Shown here: piece after piece, positions 1 to 8,627 of the stretch
How positions within the stretch are numbered: the stretch's first letter is position 1
How the letters are laid out: the number at the start of each line of letters is the position of its first letter
From: Deferrisomatales bacterium
GTDB taxonomy: Bacteria; Desulfobacterota; Deferrisomatia; Deferrisomatales; JACRMM01
Direction: 5' to 3'
Length of the DNA stretch: 58,155 bases
Assembly: GCA_033551855.1 (NCBI GenBank)
Contig: JAWSUI010000021.1
Span: forward strand, 1 to 58,155
The notes under the pieces: model-generated
The model's database searches: none
Told to the model about the DNA's origin: nothing
The model's input: the letters and a program-made list of their open reading frames with translations, nothing else
Position numbers and translations under genes: made by a program

Positions 1-1
1 A

Positions 2-1156
2 CCAGCCCTTGTACTCGTCGAGGACGAAGGGCACGAGGTTCGTGAGGCTGGCCGAGAGCATCGCAGTGAAGGGCTTGTGCTGGGTGACGGAAGACCAGGG
101 CGTCTGGCCCCCGGAGTAGAACCGGAGGAGGACCTGCTCGGCCGTGGAGCTCTTGCCGCAGCCCTTGGGCCCCCAGAGAAGGAGGAAGGGGAACTTGCGG
201 GTGAGACGCTTCGCCAAGCGGGCCTTCCAGGCCAGCGCCCCCGTCCAGCCGACGATGGCCGCCGCCTTGCCGGTGGCGGTGAACTCCAGGCCGTGGACCA
301 TCAGCGCCCGGAAGTCTTCCGGAGAGGGCTTCGGGGTATCTCCCACGGTCCACCGCACTCCGGTCTCCCCGTCGCAATAATGGATCAGATCGGAGGTCTC
401 GAGGCCTCCCGGCAGGAGCGTCTTGTCGGTCAGGACGAGCGCCCACTCACCGTCGCGCTCGTTGAGCCCGAGGACCCGGGTGCCCCGCACCGTGCGTGCC
501 TGGGACCGGGAGAGATGGACCATGAGCTGCTGAAGTTGGTTGTCGGTGCCGAACCACCCGAACTCGGTCGTGGGAAGCCGGCGCTTGAACCCCACCTTGG
601 ACTCCCAGGCCTCGGGGGCCAGGGTGACTTCCCGTCGGATGCCCCGGTCGGGGCAGGCGATGGAGCCGAGCATGACCTCCCCGTCGCCGTTGAGCTGCAC
701 GCGGCGGTCGATCTCGATGTGCCCGGTGAAGATGAGCTCCCCGTACTTGGTCTGCTCCCGGGGGTTGTACTGGACCACCTCGGTGCCACGGCGGGTCTGG
801 ATGACCTGGCCGATTTCTGCGGCGTGGAGTTGCGCGTCGGAAGCGGCCGCGTGCTTGTCAGGAGAAGGAGGGGAGGGCGCTGAACTCTTGGAGACCTGTC
901 GTGAGGCCTCGACTTCCGCTACGATCTCGCGGACGACCTTGGCGGTGACCCCGAAGATCCGGGCGGCCTCTTTCCCGTACTTCTCCCGGGCTGCCGGGCC
1001 CACCCGCAGAAGCAGGGGTGCCACTTCGTCGCGCAGAGTGCGTTCCACTGCGAGGGGGCGGTGGGCCTCTGTGGCGAGCCGCTGCATCCGCCAGAGGAAG
1101 AGGTCCTCGGCGGACGTTGCGCGACAGGGAAGGCACCAGGGGAAGGAATAAGGCAC
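2..1156 (-). CDS. P-loop ATPase of mobile-element replication type (DUF927/Cch-like or primase-associated helicase); runs off the window edge
   Basis: Manual minus-strand translation from GTG 1156 stays open to the window start. It contains FPFLLLWGPKGCGKSST (Walker A) and LVPFVLDEYK (Walker B). It is absent from the ORF track because there is no stop in the window. Start codon uncertain. Confidence 0.65.
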   Translation of the reverse strand, partial: MPYSFPWCLPCRATSAEDLFLWRMQRLATEAHRPLAVERTLRDEVAPLLLRVGPAAREKYGKEAARIFGVTAKVVREIVAEVEASRQVSKSSAPSPPSPDKHAAASDAQLHAAEIGQVIQTRRGTEVVQYNPREQTKYGELIFTGHIEIDRRVQLNGDGEVMLGSIACPDRGIRREVTLAPEAWESKVGFKRRLPTTEFGWFGTDNQLQQLMVHLSRSQARTVRGTRVLGLNERDGEWALVLTDKTLLPGGLETSDLIHYCDGETGVRWTVGDTPKPSPEDFRALMVHGLEFTATGKAAAIVGWTGALAWKARLAKRLTRKFPFLLLWGPKGCGKSSTAEQVLLRFYSGGQTPWSSVTQHKPFTAMLSASLTNLVPFVLDEYKGW

Positions 1157-1221
1157 GTCAAACCGCCTGCCGGGCGGCGGTCCTGGGCGACGGTGAAGTG
1201 CTTGTTTCCATTGTCGAATCG

Positions 1222-1566
1222 TGACGCCTCCGCTGACCCCGGAACTGACCCCTGAAACCGCAAACTGGGACAGATTCAAACAGAGTATTGAAGAACAAAA
1301 CGAACGCCAGAAAAGCCGTCGAGACGCCAAGAAATGGATGTTGCCTACGAAAGCCTGCGAACGCGGAAACAGGCTTTCCAGGGAAACCGAGAAGTTCTAC
1401 GTTTCCGGGGTCGCCTCCCGCTGACCCCTGACTGACCCCTGAAACCCCAGAGTTGGGCAGTGTGAAACAGAGCACTACAGACCCCACACGAACGGCCGGA
1501 AAGGCCGTCAACACGCCAAAAAGTGGATGTTGCCTACGGAAACCTGCGAACGTGGAGACAGGCCTT
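1222..1566. repeat. Degenerate tandem duplication (~190-bp period) carrying phased TGACCCC direct repeats
   Basis: 1232-1377 aligns with 1420-1566 (e.g. TGGATGTTGCCTACG..A.CCTGCGAACG.GGA.ACAGGC in both). TGAC(G/C)CC occurs at 1222, 1234, 1246 (12-bp spacing) and at 1422, 1433 (11-bp spacing). Confidence 0.85.
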
Positions 1567-1742
1567 TTATGCATTCGAATCCCGTTTCCCGCTCCACCGA
1601 TCCTCCACGGAACCCTTCGGGGGTCCGTCCGAGGGGCCTTCGTTTCACCCCGTGATGTCGCGGGGTTGGGCGGAGGCCTTTTTCGCTTCTCTCGCCGTTC
1701 CTCCCCGGGCCACGGAACGCCCCGGACGCGGCAGCGTCCGGC

Positions 1743-2010
1743 TCAAGGGGCCAGGGTGGCGATCTCCCGGACTCGCTCCAGCACGATGGGCGTCCTCGCC
1801 TGACCGGCCGCATCAGGAGGCAGATGCCCCGGCACCGCTTCCAGGAAGGCGCGGTCGCTCAAGAAGGACGCAAAGGCCTCGCGGAGGAACTGCCGAAGGT
1901 CGGCCTCGCTCCCGGCGATTTCGGGCACGACCTCCGGCCCTCCAAGACCGTGATGATGTCCTCCAGGTCGTGGCTGCCCGGTAGTTTCGTCCGTCCGCCA
2001 GCGCCGTCAT
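1743..2010 (-). pseudogene. Internally deleted, frameshifted nucleotidyltransferase-like (AbiEii-type) toxin remnant
   Basis: ATG 2010 overlaps the upstream stop. After ~10 codons another frame reads GSHDLEDIITVLEGR, then a further shift gives ...FLEAVPGHLPPDAAGQARTPIVLERVREIA, the C-terminal part of this family. The N-terminal two-thirds are missing. Confidence 0.6.
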
Positions 2011-2514
2011 GACCTCAGCCTCGCTCGGAGCTCCCGAACTGCAACCTCGCGCTCCCGGGCACCGCCGTCGCGAATCGCGTCCGTGAGGACGAGGAACTCG
2101 TACAGGACCCGATCCCTCCTCGCCGCCTCCGGCACCGTTCGGTACAGGGGGGAGAAGGAAAACCCCTGCGCGTCCCCCGCCGAGTCCGGCCAGACGGGCG
2201 GAGGAGCATCCGGTTGGGTGATCAGGTCCCGCAGGGGGGCCCGCGTAGGCTGTGGGCACCCCCCGGCTGGGTCCTCCCCGATCCGGCGGAAACGCGTAGC
2301 GGACGCCGTGGACCAGGAACTCTTCGAGGGCCGCCTGGATCGGCCGCTGCCGGGAGGAATCCATGAGCCGCGCCACGAACGCCTGCTTCACCCCCGCGTG
2401 GACCTCGGACGCGCTCATGCACAACGCACCGGCCACGCTCGCGTAACTCCACTCGCGCTCGCCCAGGGAGACGAGCTTCAAGAGGATGAGCACATCTTGG
2501 GGCTTCAGGACCAT
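2007..2514 (-). pseudogene. Frameshifted wHTH protein, usual upstream partner (AbiEi-like antitoxin) of the nucleotidyltransferase
   Basis: MVLKPQDVLILLKL...SASEVH...LEEFLVHGVRYAFP...GVPTAYA, then a shift at the G6 run (2234-2239) to PPVWPD...FSPLYRTVPEAA...LYEFLVLTDAIRDGGARER, ending at TGA 2007-2009. The shift could be a sequencing error. Confidence 0.65.
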
Positions 2515-2673
2515 GCCCGTATCCTATTCGCGAATCGCGAATCGCGTAAGGCCTTGTCTCAACAGGTGGGCGGGAGAGCAGAGGTTGGTATCGCCGGCGG
2601 TACGCAAACCCCGGGTAGACGATCCGAGGCTCATCCGAACTGGGCGTTGGCCGCGCCTCTCACGGGCTGCCGT

Positions 2674-2823
2674 GCGCACCCCGAGGCGGTTCGTCTGGTT
2701 CAGGGTCAGCCAGTACGGGGAGCCGAAGCCCTGCATCCCCAGGAGGAAGACGTTGATCCCCCGGTAGGGCTTGCGGGTGGCCGGGTTCCGGAGGGGCTCG
2801 GATCCCGTCCAGGTCCGGCGCCA
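2674..2823 (-). pseudogene. ardC: ArdC-like (DUF1738) ssDNA-binding antirestriction domain fragment
   Basis: WRRTW...RNPATRKPYRGINVFLL...GFGSPYWLTLNQTNRLG matches the ArdC N-terminal pattern N..T...YRGIN..L...S..W.T..Q...LG. No start or C-terminal domain. Confidence 0.7.
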
Positions 2824-2926
2824 CTCCAGGATCGACTACCTCTCCCCGGTGCAGTATGAGCGCAGGCACCACGGAGCTACCCCAGTAGGCAAGCCACTCA
2901 CGGTCCACTGAACCGGGATAACTCCA
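2816..2926 (+). mobile_element. IS3-family remnant: transposase C-terminus plus right inverted repeat
   Basis: RRHSRIDYLSPVQYE is the IS3 OrfB C-terminal motif (RHSxLxYxSPxxFE). It is followed by GGTCCACTGAACCGGGATAACTCCA (2902-2926), an IS3-type IR ending in CA. Confidence 0.75.
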
Positions 2927-3314
2927 AGCTCAAGAGTGTCGGGCTCGGGGCGCGGAAGCCCCGGGCCCGGCCGGAGGGCCACACGCGAAGCCCCAGCACA
3001 CACCCGGGAGGGGCTATGGCGCGAGGGACGGCGAGGACGGGCGATCCGACGAGGGCCATACTTCGTCGCCCGCTCGCCAGGCGGAGGGCCGGGTTCTCCC
3101 CCTCGGGGCCAAGCCTACCTTGCCGGCACCAGCCGGGGCGCAGGACCCGCCTCGAACCGCGCCCTTCGTTCGCCCGGGAGGGGCGATCGAGCTCTGCGAG
3201 GCATGGGGCAGGAGAGAGAAGGTGAGGACCAGGGAGAAAATGGATACAATCGGGTCCCAGCGGCTTTCCTGAAGCCCTGTCCTTTTCTCGGATGCGATAA
3301 AGAGGTTCTCACAC

Positions 3315-3974
3315 GTGACGGGGAAAACAGACTCGCGCTACTCGACCGAAGGCCTCGTTGAGGCCCGGTTCGAGCCGGGATCGCGGAACCGGGTCCTGCG
3401 CAACCTCCTCGGCATCCGTCGAAAACGGGAGATGGACAGGCTCGAGGCTCGGGAGTTGCTGCGGGCGATGGAGGAAGTGGCCGGCCAATTCGATCGCGAT
3501 CACCGCTTCACCGCTGGCGATCTATGTCACATGCACAACGTGTGGCTGGGTGGGATCTACGAGTGGGCCGGCCGGTATCGCAGCGTGAACGTGGGGAAGG
3601 GTGGCTTCATGTTCGCGGCTGCGGCGAGGATTCCGGCGCTGATGGACGAGTTCGAAGACGGGCCGCTTGCGGAGCACACGCCCTGTCGATTCGAGACAGA
3701 CCGGGAGGTGGCTCGGGCGGTCGCCGTGGTCCATGTGGAGTTCGTCCTGATCCACCCTTTCCGGGAGGGCAATGGCCGGCTGGCGCGCCTCTTGGCAACG
3801 CTGATGGCCCTTCAGGCCGATCTCCCTCCATTGGACTTCGGCGGAATCCGGGGACGCAGGAGGCAGGAGTACTTCGAGGCGGTGCGGTCGGGACTGGACC
3901 GGGACTACGATCCGATGGCGCGGATCTTCACCGCCGTGATCGGTCGGACGCGGCGGCGTTTCGGCGCCGGCTAG
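3315..3974 (+). CDS. fic: Fic family protein (adenylyltransferase toxin, class I)
   Basis: Canonical HPFREGNGRLAR motif, plus VLRNLLGI and IYEWAGRYRSVNVGKG. Confidence 0.92.
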   Translation: MTGKTDSRYSTEGLVEARFEPGSRNRVLRNLLGIRRKREMDRLEARELLRAMEEVAGQFDRDHRFTAGDLCHMHNVWLGGIYEWAGRYRSVNVGKGGFMFAAAARIPALMDEFEDGPLAEHTPCRFETDREVARAVAVVHVEFVLIHPFREGNGRLARLLATLMALQADLPPLDFGGIRGRRRQEYFEAVRSGLDRDYDPMARIFTAVIGRTRRRFGAG

Positions 3975-4131
3975 CTGTCGGGGCCTCGATCCGTGCTGCG
4001 AGCGCCTCCTCGGCGGCCGCCACCACGCCTTCGATGGCCGTCGATGTTTGGATCGACGCTGCCAAGAGCTCGCGGCGCCGTTTCGGATCGAGCAGGTAGG
4101 GATTGGTTCGTATGAGCGGTTCGGTACGCAT
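3928..4131 (-). CDS. Putative Fic antitoxin (67 aa) with (S/T)xxxE(G/N) inhibitory motif
   Basis: MRTEPLIRTNPYLLDPKRRRELLAASIQTSTAIEGVV...; the STAIEG motif is present. Overlaps the fic 3' end convergently by 47 bp. Confidence 0.7.
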   Translation of the reverse strand: MRTEPLIRTNPYLLDPKRRRELLAASIQTSTAIEGVVAAAEEALAARIEAPTASRRRNAAASDRSRR

Positions 4132-4178
4132 GGCGACAGTATACGCCGTTGTCCACGTGATTGCAGCGCCCGGTGTGG

Positions 4179-4400
4179 TCACCCATTCCGGCGAAAGGGC
4201 TCTTCCTCTCTCTCGTCGCCCAGGATGGAAGGCGGGCTCTCCACCAACGGGTCCAGGCGATCGGCGTGTCGGGCGACCCACTCCACCCAGCGCGCGGTCT
4301 CTGGCTCCGGGACCCCAGAACATCCGTCTCGCCCCGCCTGTTCCCGGACGGCTTCGAGGTGCCGACGCAGTTGCCGGCTTCGGTTCCAGAGCAGAGCTCG
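4179..4400 (-). pseudogene. Possible C-terminal fragment of a mobile-element hypothetical protein
   Basis: W.RSRQLRRHLEAV...WVEWVARHADRLDPL looks like a real helical protein end, but there is no convincing start. Confidence 0.35.
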
Positions 4401-4618
4401 GGTGACTCTCAAGGAGTGGGTGCGCCGAGGCTGGGTTTGTGCCCGGCCCGCAGGAAACGGGGTCTGTGCCACCTCGCGAGGGACAAGCGCTGGCGGGGGC
4501 GGCGGTTTTGGTCCTTCGCTTCGAGCCCCTGGGGCTCCCGTTGCACCAGGACATGCACAGAGGGGCTCGACGACCTGATCCCCGTCGAAGCGGCGTCTCT
4601 CCGTACGGAGGGGGAACC

Positions 4619-5707
4619 TTGAGATTCTTGCACACGGCAGACCTGCAACTGGGGCTGAAACTCAGTTTCGTGGCGGGAGAGAACGGTTCGCGGGCACGGA
4701 GCCAGCGCTTCGATACCCTGCGTCGCATTGCCGGCACCGCAAGGGACGCTGCCGTACAGGCAGTCGTGATCGCCGGGGACCTCTTCGACGACAACAGCGT
4801 GGGGCCGGAGACGATTCAACAGGCGCGGGACGCGCTGGAGACGTTTGCTCCCATCCCGGTGCTGATCCTGCCCGGGAACCACGATGCCGCCACCGAGTAC
4901 TCGGCGCTGGCCCGGATGGACGCACCGGGGCACGTGCGGATTCTCAACGGCCGGGAACCGGTGGAGGTCGAGGGCGGCACCTTCTTTCCCTGCCCACTGG
5001 CCCGGCGACACGAGACGAGGGACCCCACGGCATGGCTTCCGGCACGGGAGCCGGGCGATGAACGGGTGCGGGTCGCGGTCGCCCACGGCGGCGTGATCGA
5101 GTTCAGCGAGAGCAGCGAATCCCCCAACCTCATCGACGCCGAGGAGGTGATCGCGAAGGGGTTCGACTACCTCGCCCTCGGCGACTGGCACGGCACGTTC
5201 CGCTATGGGGATCGGGTCTGGTATCCCGGAACGCCGGAACCCACCCACTGGCGAGAGAAGGAGCCGGGCAACGTGCTGATCGTGGAGCTCCCCGCCGCGG
5301 GGGTGCTCCCCAAGGTCACCCCGGTTGCCGTGGGGCGCACGAGTTGGCTGGAGAAGACGGTGACCTTCGAACACGACCAGGACGTCGAGACCCTGGAGAA
5401 GTGGTTTGCCGGGCTGGGTGAGAAGTCCTGGACCTTGGTGCGGCTGTCCCTGGACGGGCACCTCTCGCTCGGGGCTCGGGTCGATCTCGATCGCGTGCTC
5501 GAGCACCTGGCGGAGCGGCTGCTCTGCCTTCAGATCCGGGAAGACCGGGTAACGGTCGCACCCACAGAAGCAGACATCCAGGCGCTCGTGTTGGAGGGGT
5601 TCGTCGGAGACGCCGTGGAGCAGCTCCGCGCGGAGGGAAGCCGGGAGTCGGACGACGCGCTGCGCCTGCTGTACCGGTTGCGCAGGGACGTGGGGGGCGA
5701 CCGATGA
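4619..5707 (+). CDS. SbcD/Mre11-like (YhaO-type) metallophosphoesterase nuclease
   Basis: RFLHTADLQLG, AGDLFD, LPGNHD, AHGG, YLALGDWH and YPGTPEP motifs. TTG start follows a GGAGGGGG RBS. Confidence 0.9.
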   Translation: MRFLHTADLQLGLKLSFVAGENGSRARSQRFDTLRRIAGTARDAAVQAVVIAGDLFDDNSVGPETIQQARDALETFAPIPVLILPGNHDAATEYSALARMDAPGHVRILNGREPVEVEGGTFFPCPLARRHETRDPTAWLPAREPGDERVRVAVAHGGVIEFSESSESPNLIDAEEVIAKGFDYLALGDWHGTFRYGDRVWYPGTPEPTHWREKEPGNVLIVELPAAGVLPKVTPVAVGRTSWLEKTVTFEHDQDVETLEKWFAGLGEKSWTLVRLSLDGHLSLGARVDLDRVLEHLAERLLCLQIREDRVTVAPTEADIQALVLEGFVGDAVEQLRAEGSRESDDALRLLYRLRRDVGGDR

Positions 5708-8355
5708 GGATCAAGAACGTGGTGCTCCAGCACTGGCGCGGTATCGAGCAGCTGGAGCTCGCGGATCTGGACCCGGGGTTGAATCTCGTTCTCGGCGACA
5801 ACGAGACCGGCAAGAGCCGCGTGGCCCAGGCCATCTGGTTCGGGCTCTTCGAGTCGAGCAAGGGAAAGTCGAAGCACAAGGCGGACCTCATGAGCTGGGA
5901 CGGCAGCGGCGACCCTCGCGTGGAGCTCGTGCTCGAATCCGGCGGCCGCTCCTACCGCATCGCCAAGGTCTTCGGGAAGCCGACGCACAACACCTTGCTG
6001 GAAGGTCCTGGAGAGACCCGGCACGGGGAAGAGGCCGAGCGCCTCCTGGCGTCCCTTCTCCAAGTCGATCCGGAAGAGATCAGCCGACACGCGAAGGACG
6101 AGGCCCTGGGGAAGTGGCCCCTTCTCTGGGTCCGCCAGTTCGAATCCGGCACGGAACCGGATCGCGCCCTCAACCCCGACGCGCGGTCCCGGCTCCAGGA
6201 CGTTCTCGCGGACTCGGTGGGAGAGGTGGCGGCCGGCCCGGCGGGGCACGCGCTCTTGGAGAAGGCCCGGGAACAGAGAGCGGTGTTCTGCACCGATGGC
6301 GGCCAGATGCGAAAGCCCCTGACCGACGCCGAAGCTGCCGTGGAACGGGCGCGCACCGAGCTCCGGCAGGCGTGGGAGGCCCGGGAACGGGTGGAGAAGT
6401 CCTCGGACGAGCTCGCCACGCTTCGCCTCGAGCTGAAGAGGCAGGAGGAGAGCGTCGCCAAGTCGCGGGCGGCGCTGGAGGAGGCGCGGAGGAGGGCGTC
6501 CGAGGCCGGGGACCTCCGTGCCAGGATCGAACTGGAGCGAGGCGACGCCAAGGGGTTGGAGGGGCAGGTGGGGTCACTGCGGCGGGACCTGCAGACCCGG
6601 GAACAGCGGGAAGACTCCCTGGCCACAGCGAAGAGGGAAGGTGAGAGGCTGCGCCGGGAGGAGCTCGAGCCTCTCCAGGAGGAGCAGCGGAGGGCCTCCG
6701 CCGAGTTGGAGAAGGCGAAGACGGACCTTCTCGCCGCCACGGAGGCTCGAAAGGCGGCGAAGGAGAGGGCGAGACGGGCTGCAGACGAGCAGAAGCGAAA
6801 AGGACTGGACCGCCGAATCGCCGAGCAGGAGAAGAAGGTCGACCAGGCGAGAGGCATGCAGGAGCGGATACGCCAGGTCGCCAAGAATCACGGGGCGATC
6901 CGCGCCGACAAGAAGACGGTCGAGGACCTGAAGGGGGTGTACAGAGAGTGGGAAAAGACCCGGGCGCGCCTCCTGGGGGCCTCCACCCACGTGCGGCTGC
7001 GGGCCCGTCGGGGGCTCTCGATCGGTGGTGAGCCGCTGGCCGGAGGAGAGGCCCGGGACTGGACCTGCACCGAGCCGACCACGATCCGCATCGACGACAC
7101 GGCGGACTTCGAGATCACTCCCGGCGGGCAGGAGTTGACCGCTCTCCAGGAAGCCGCGACGCGACGGAAGGAGGAGTGGGAGGCCCTGCTCCGGGATGCG
7201 GGTGCGGAAACCGTGGAGGCCGCGGAGGCGGCGCTCCAGGAGAAATCCAAGCTCTCCCAGCAGAAGAAGGAGCTTGAGAGACTCTTCCAGGAAACCTTCC
7301 CCGAGGGGGTTTCTGCCCTGGAAGCCGCCCTCGCCGACTTGGTTGGTCAGAGGCAGATCCTCGGACCGGGCGACCCCGAAGCACCGGACGAACTGGACGC
7401 CGACGCGGGAGTCACGGCCGCCGAGAACGAAGAAAACGACAAGCGGGGTGCCGTGGAGGCGCAGCAGAAGGCCCTGTCGGGCATCGACAACCGGCTGACC
7501 GCCGCCCGGACGAAGGCGGAGGGGTACGAGCGCGCCTCCAGGGAGCTGGAGGGGCTTCTCGAGAAGATGCCCTCGAAGGAGGAATGGGAAGTGCAGTTGC
7601 GGGCTGTCGCGTCGAAGTGGCAAGCGGCGCTGGCGACGGTCAAGGGGATGGAGGAGCAGTACAGGGAGAAGGGCGGACAACAGGCGGAGAACGACGTCGA
7701 ACGCCTCCAGAAGGCCTGCGAGGGGCTGAAGGCCGAGCTCGACCAGATGGTCGAACGGCGAGCGGAGCTCAAGACGGAGCTCGGGATCCTGGCGGGCCAG
7801 GACATCCACGAGAAGGAACAAGAGGCGGCGGCTCGTCTGGGAGAGGCGGAGAAGGCCGAGCAGGACGTGAAGCGGCGGGCCGCAGCGGCCAAGAAGCTCT
7901 CCGACACTCTGGAGGCGTGCCGCGCCGCCCGACAGAAGAGGCTTCTGGCCCCAGCCGTGGCTGCGGTTCGACGCCATCTGCACGTGCTCTTCCCCGGAAT
8001 CGACATTGCCTTGGATGAAGACCTCGGGGTCGCCGGACTTCAGACGGCCAGCCGGGCCGAGCCGCTCACGGATCTCTCCGGCGGCACGAGGGAGCAGGTT
8101 GGTATGATCGTCCGTGTGGGGCTGGCCGAGCTCCTGGCGGGTGACGAGCGGCTCCCCCTCGTGTTCGACGACGCGCTCACGAACACCGACTTTCGACGGA
8201 TCGCCCGGATGCACCAGATCCTGTTCGAGGCCGCCAAGAGACTCCAGATCCTGGTCTTCTCCTGCCATCCGGAAGCGTTCGAGGGGCTGGGCGCCGGACG
8301 GCGCTACCGGTTGCGCGAACCCCCGAAGCGCAAAGTCATCGTGGAGAGCCACTGA
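5704..8355 (+). CDS. SbcC/Rad50-like (YhaN-type) SMC ATPase
   Basis: Walker A GDNETGKS, long coiled coils, signature LSGGTREQ, Walker B LPLVFDDAL, FSCH. ATGA overlap with the nuclease gene. Confidence 0.9.
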   Translation: MRIKNVVLQHWRGIEQLELADLDPGLNLVLGDNETGKSRVAQAIWFGLFESSKGKSKHKADLMSWDGSGDPRVELVLESGGRSYRIAKVFGKPTHNTLLEGPGETRHGEEAERLLASLLQVDPEEISRHAKDEALGKWPLLWVRQFESGTEPDRALNPDARSRLQDVLADSVGEVAAGPAGHALLEKAREQRAVFCTDGGQMRKPLTDAEAAVERARTELRQAWEARERVEKSSDELATLRLELKRQEESVAKSRAALEEARRRASEAGDLRARIELERGDAKGLEGQVGSLRRDLQTREQREDSLATAKREGERLRREELEPLQEEQRRASAELEKAKTDLLAATEARKAAKERARRAADEQKRKGLDRRIAEQEKKVDQARGMQERIRQVAKNHGAIRADKKTVEDLKGVYREWEKTRARLLGASTHVRLRARRGLSIGGEPLAGGEARDWTCTEPTTIRIDDTADFEITPGGQELTALQEAATRRKEEWEALLRDAGAETVEAAEAALQEKSKLSQQKKELERLFQETFPEGVSALEAALADLVGQRQILGPGDPEAPDELDADAGVTAAENEENDKRGAVEAQQKALSGIDNRLTAARTKAEGYERASRELEGLLEKMPSKEEWEVQLRAVASKWQAALATVKGMEEQYREKGGQQAENDVERLQKACEGLKAELDQMVERRAELKTELGILAGQDIHEKEQEAAARLGEAEKAEQDVKRRAAAAKKLSDTLEACRAARQKRLLAPAVAAVRRHLHVLFPGIDIALDEDLGVAGLQTASRAEPLTDLSGGTREQVGMIVRVGLAELLAGDERLPLVFDDALTNTDFRRIARMHQILFEAAKRLQILVFSCHPEAFEGLGAGRRYRLREPPKRKVIVESH

Positions 8356-8390
8356 AACTGGGGGGATGAAGACCGGCGAGGGGAACGTCG

Positions 8391-8627
8391 ATGCCGGAAG
8401 TGCCGACCTCCGGGGAGCGTGCGCAAGGGTTTGCGACCCTCTCCGAGGGGCTGGAAGAGATCCTAGACGCCTCCCGGAGATATCCGGAGCCGGAGCCGGT
8501 CTCCCGCGTGCTCGAGGCCTTGGCCGGCGTCGTCCCTGCCCCGGGCGCCGTGGCCGAGGTGTACGCGATGGTGATGGGGATCCGCGCCGGGGGCCCGGGC
8601 CTCGCAGCCCCGACGGGTTGCCCGTGA
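8391..8627 (+). CDS. Small hypothetical protein (78 aa)
   Basis: GAGGGG RBS; the stop overlaps the GTG start of the next gene (GTGA). Confidence 0.45.
   Translation: MPEVPTSGERAQGFATLSEGLEEILDASRRYPEPEPVSRVLEALAGVVPAPGAVAEVYAMVMGIRAGGPGLAAPTGCP

Noticed and set aside
1232..1566. CRISPR or ncRNA array
   Set aside because: Only two degenerate long units, with no repeat-spacer structure.
2936..3310. Short ORFs upstream of fic as an upstream antitoxin
   Set aside because: None has a convincing inhibitory motif or protein-like composition; the convergent STAIEG ORF is the better candidate.
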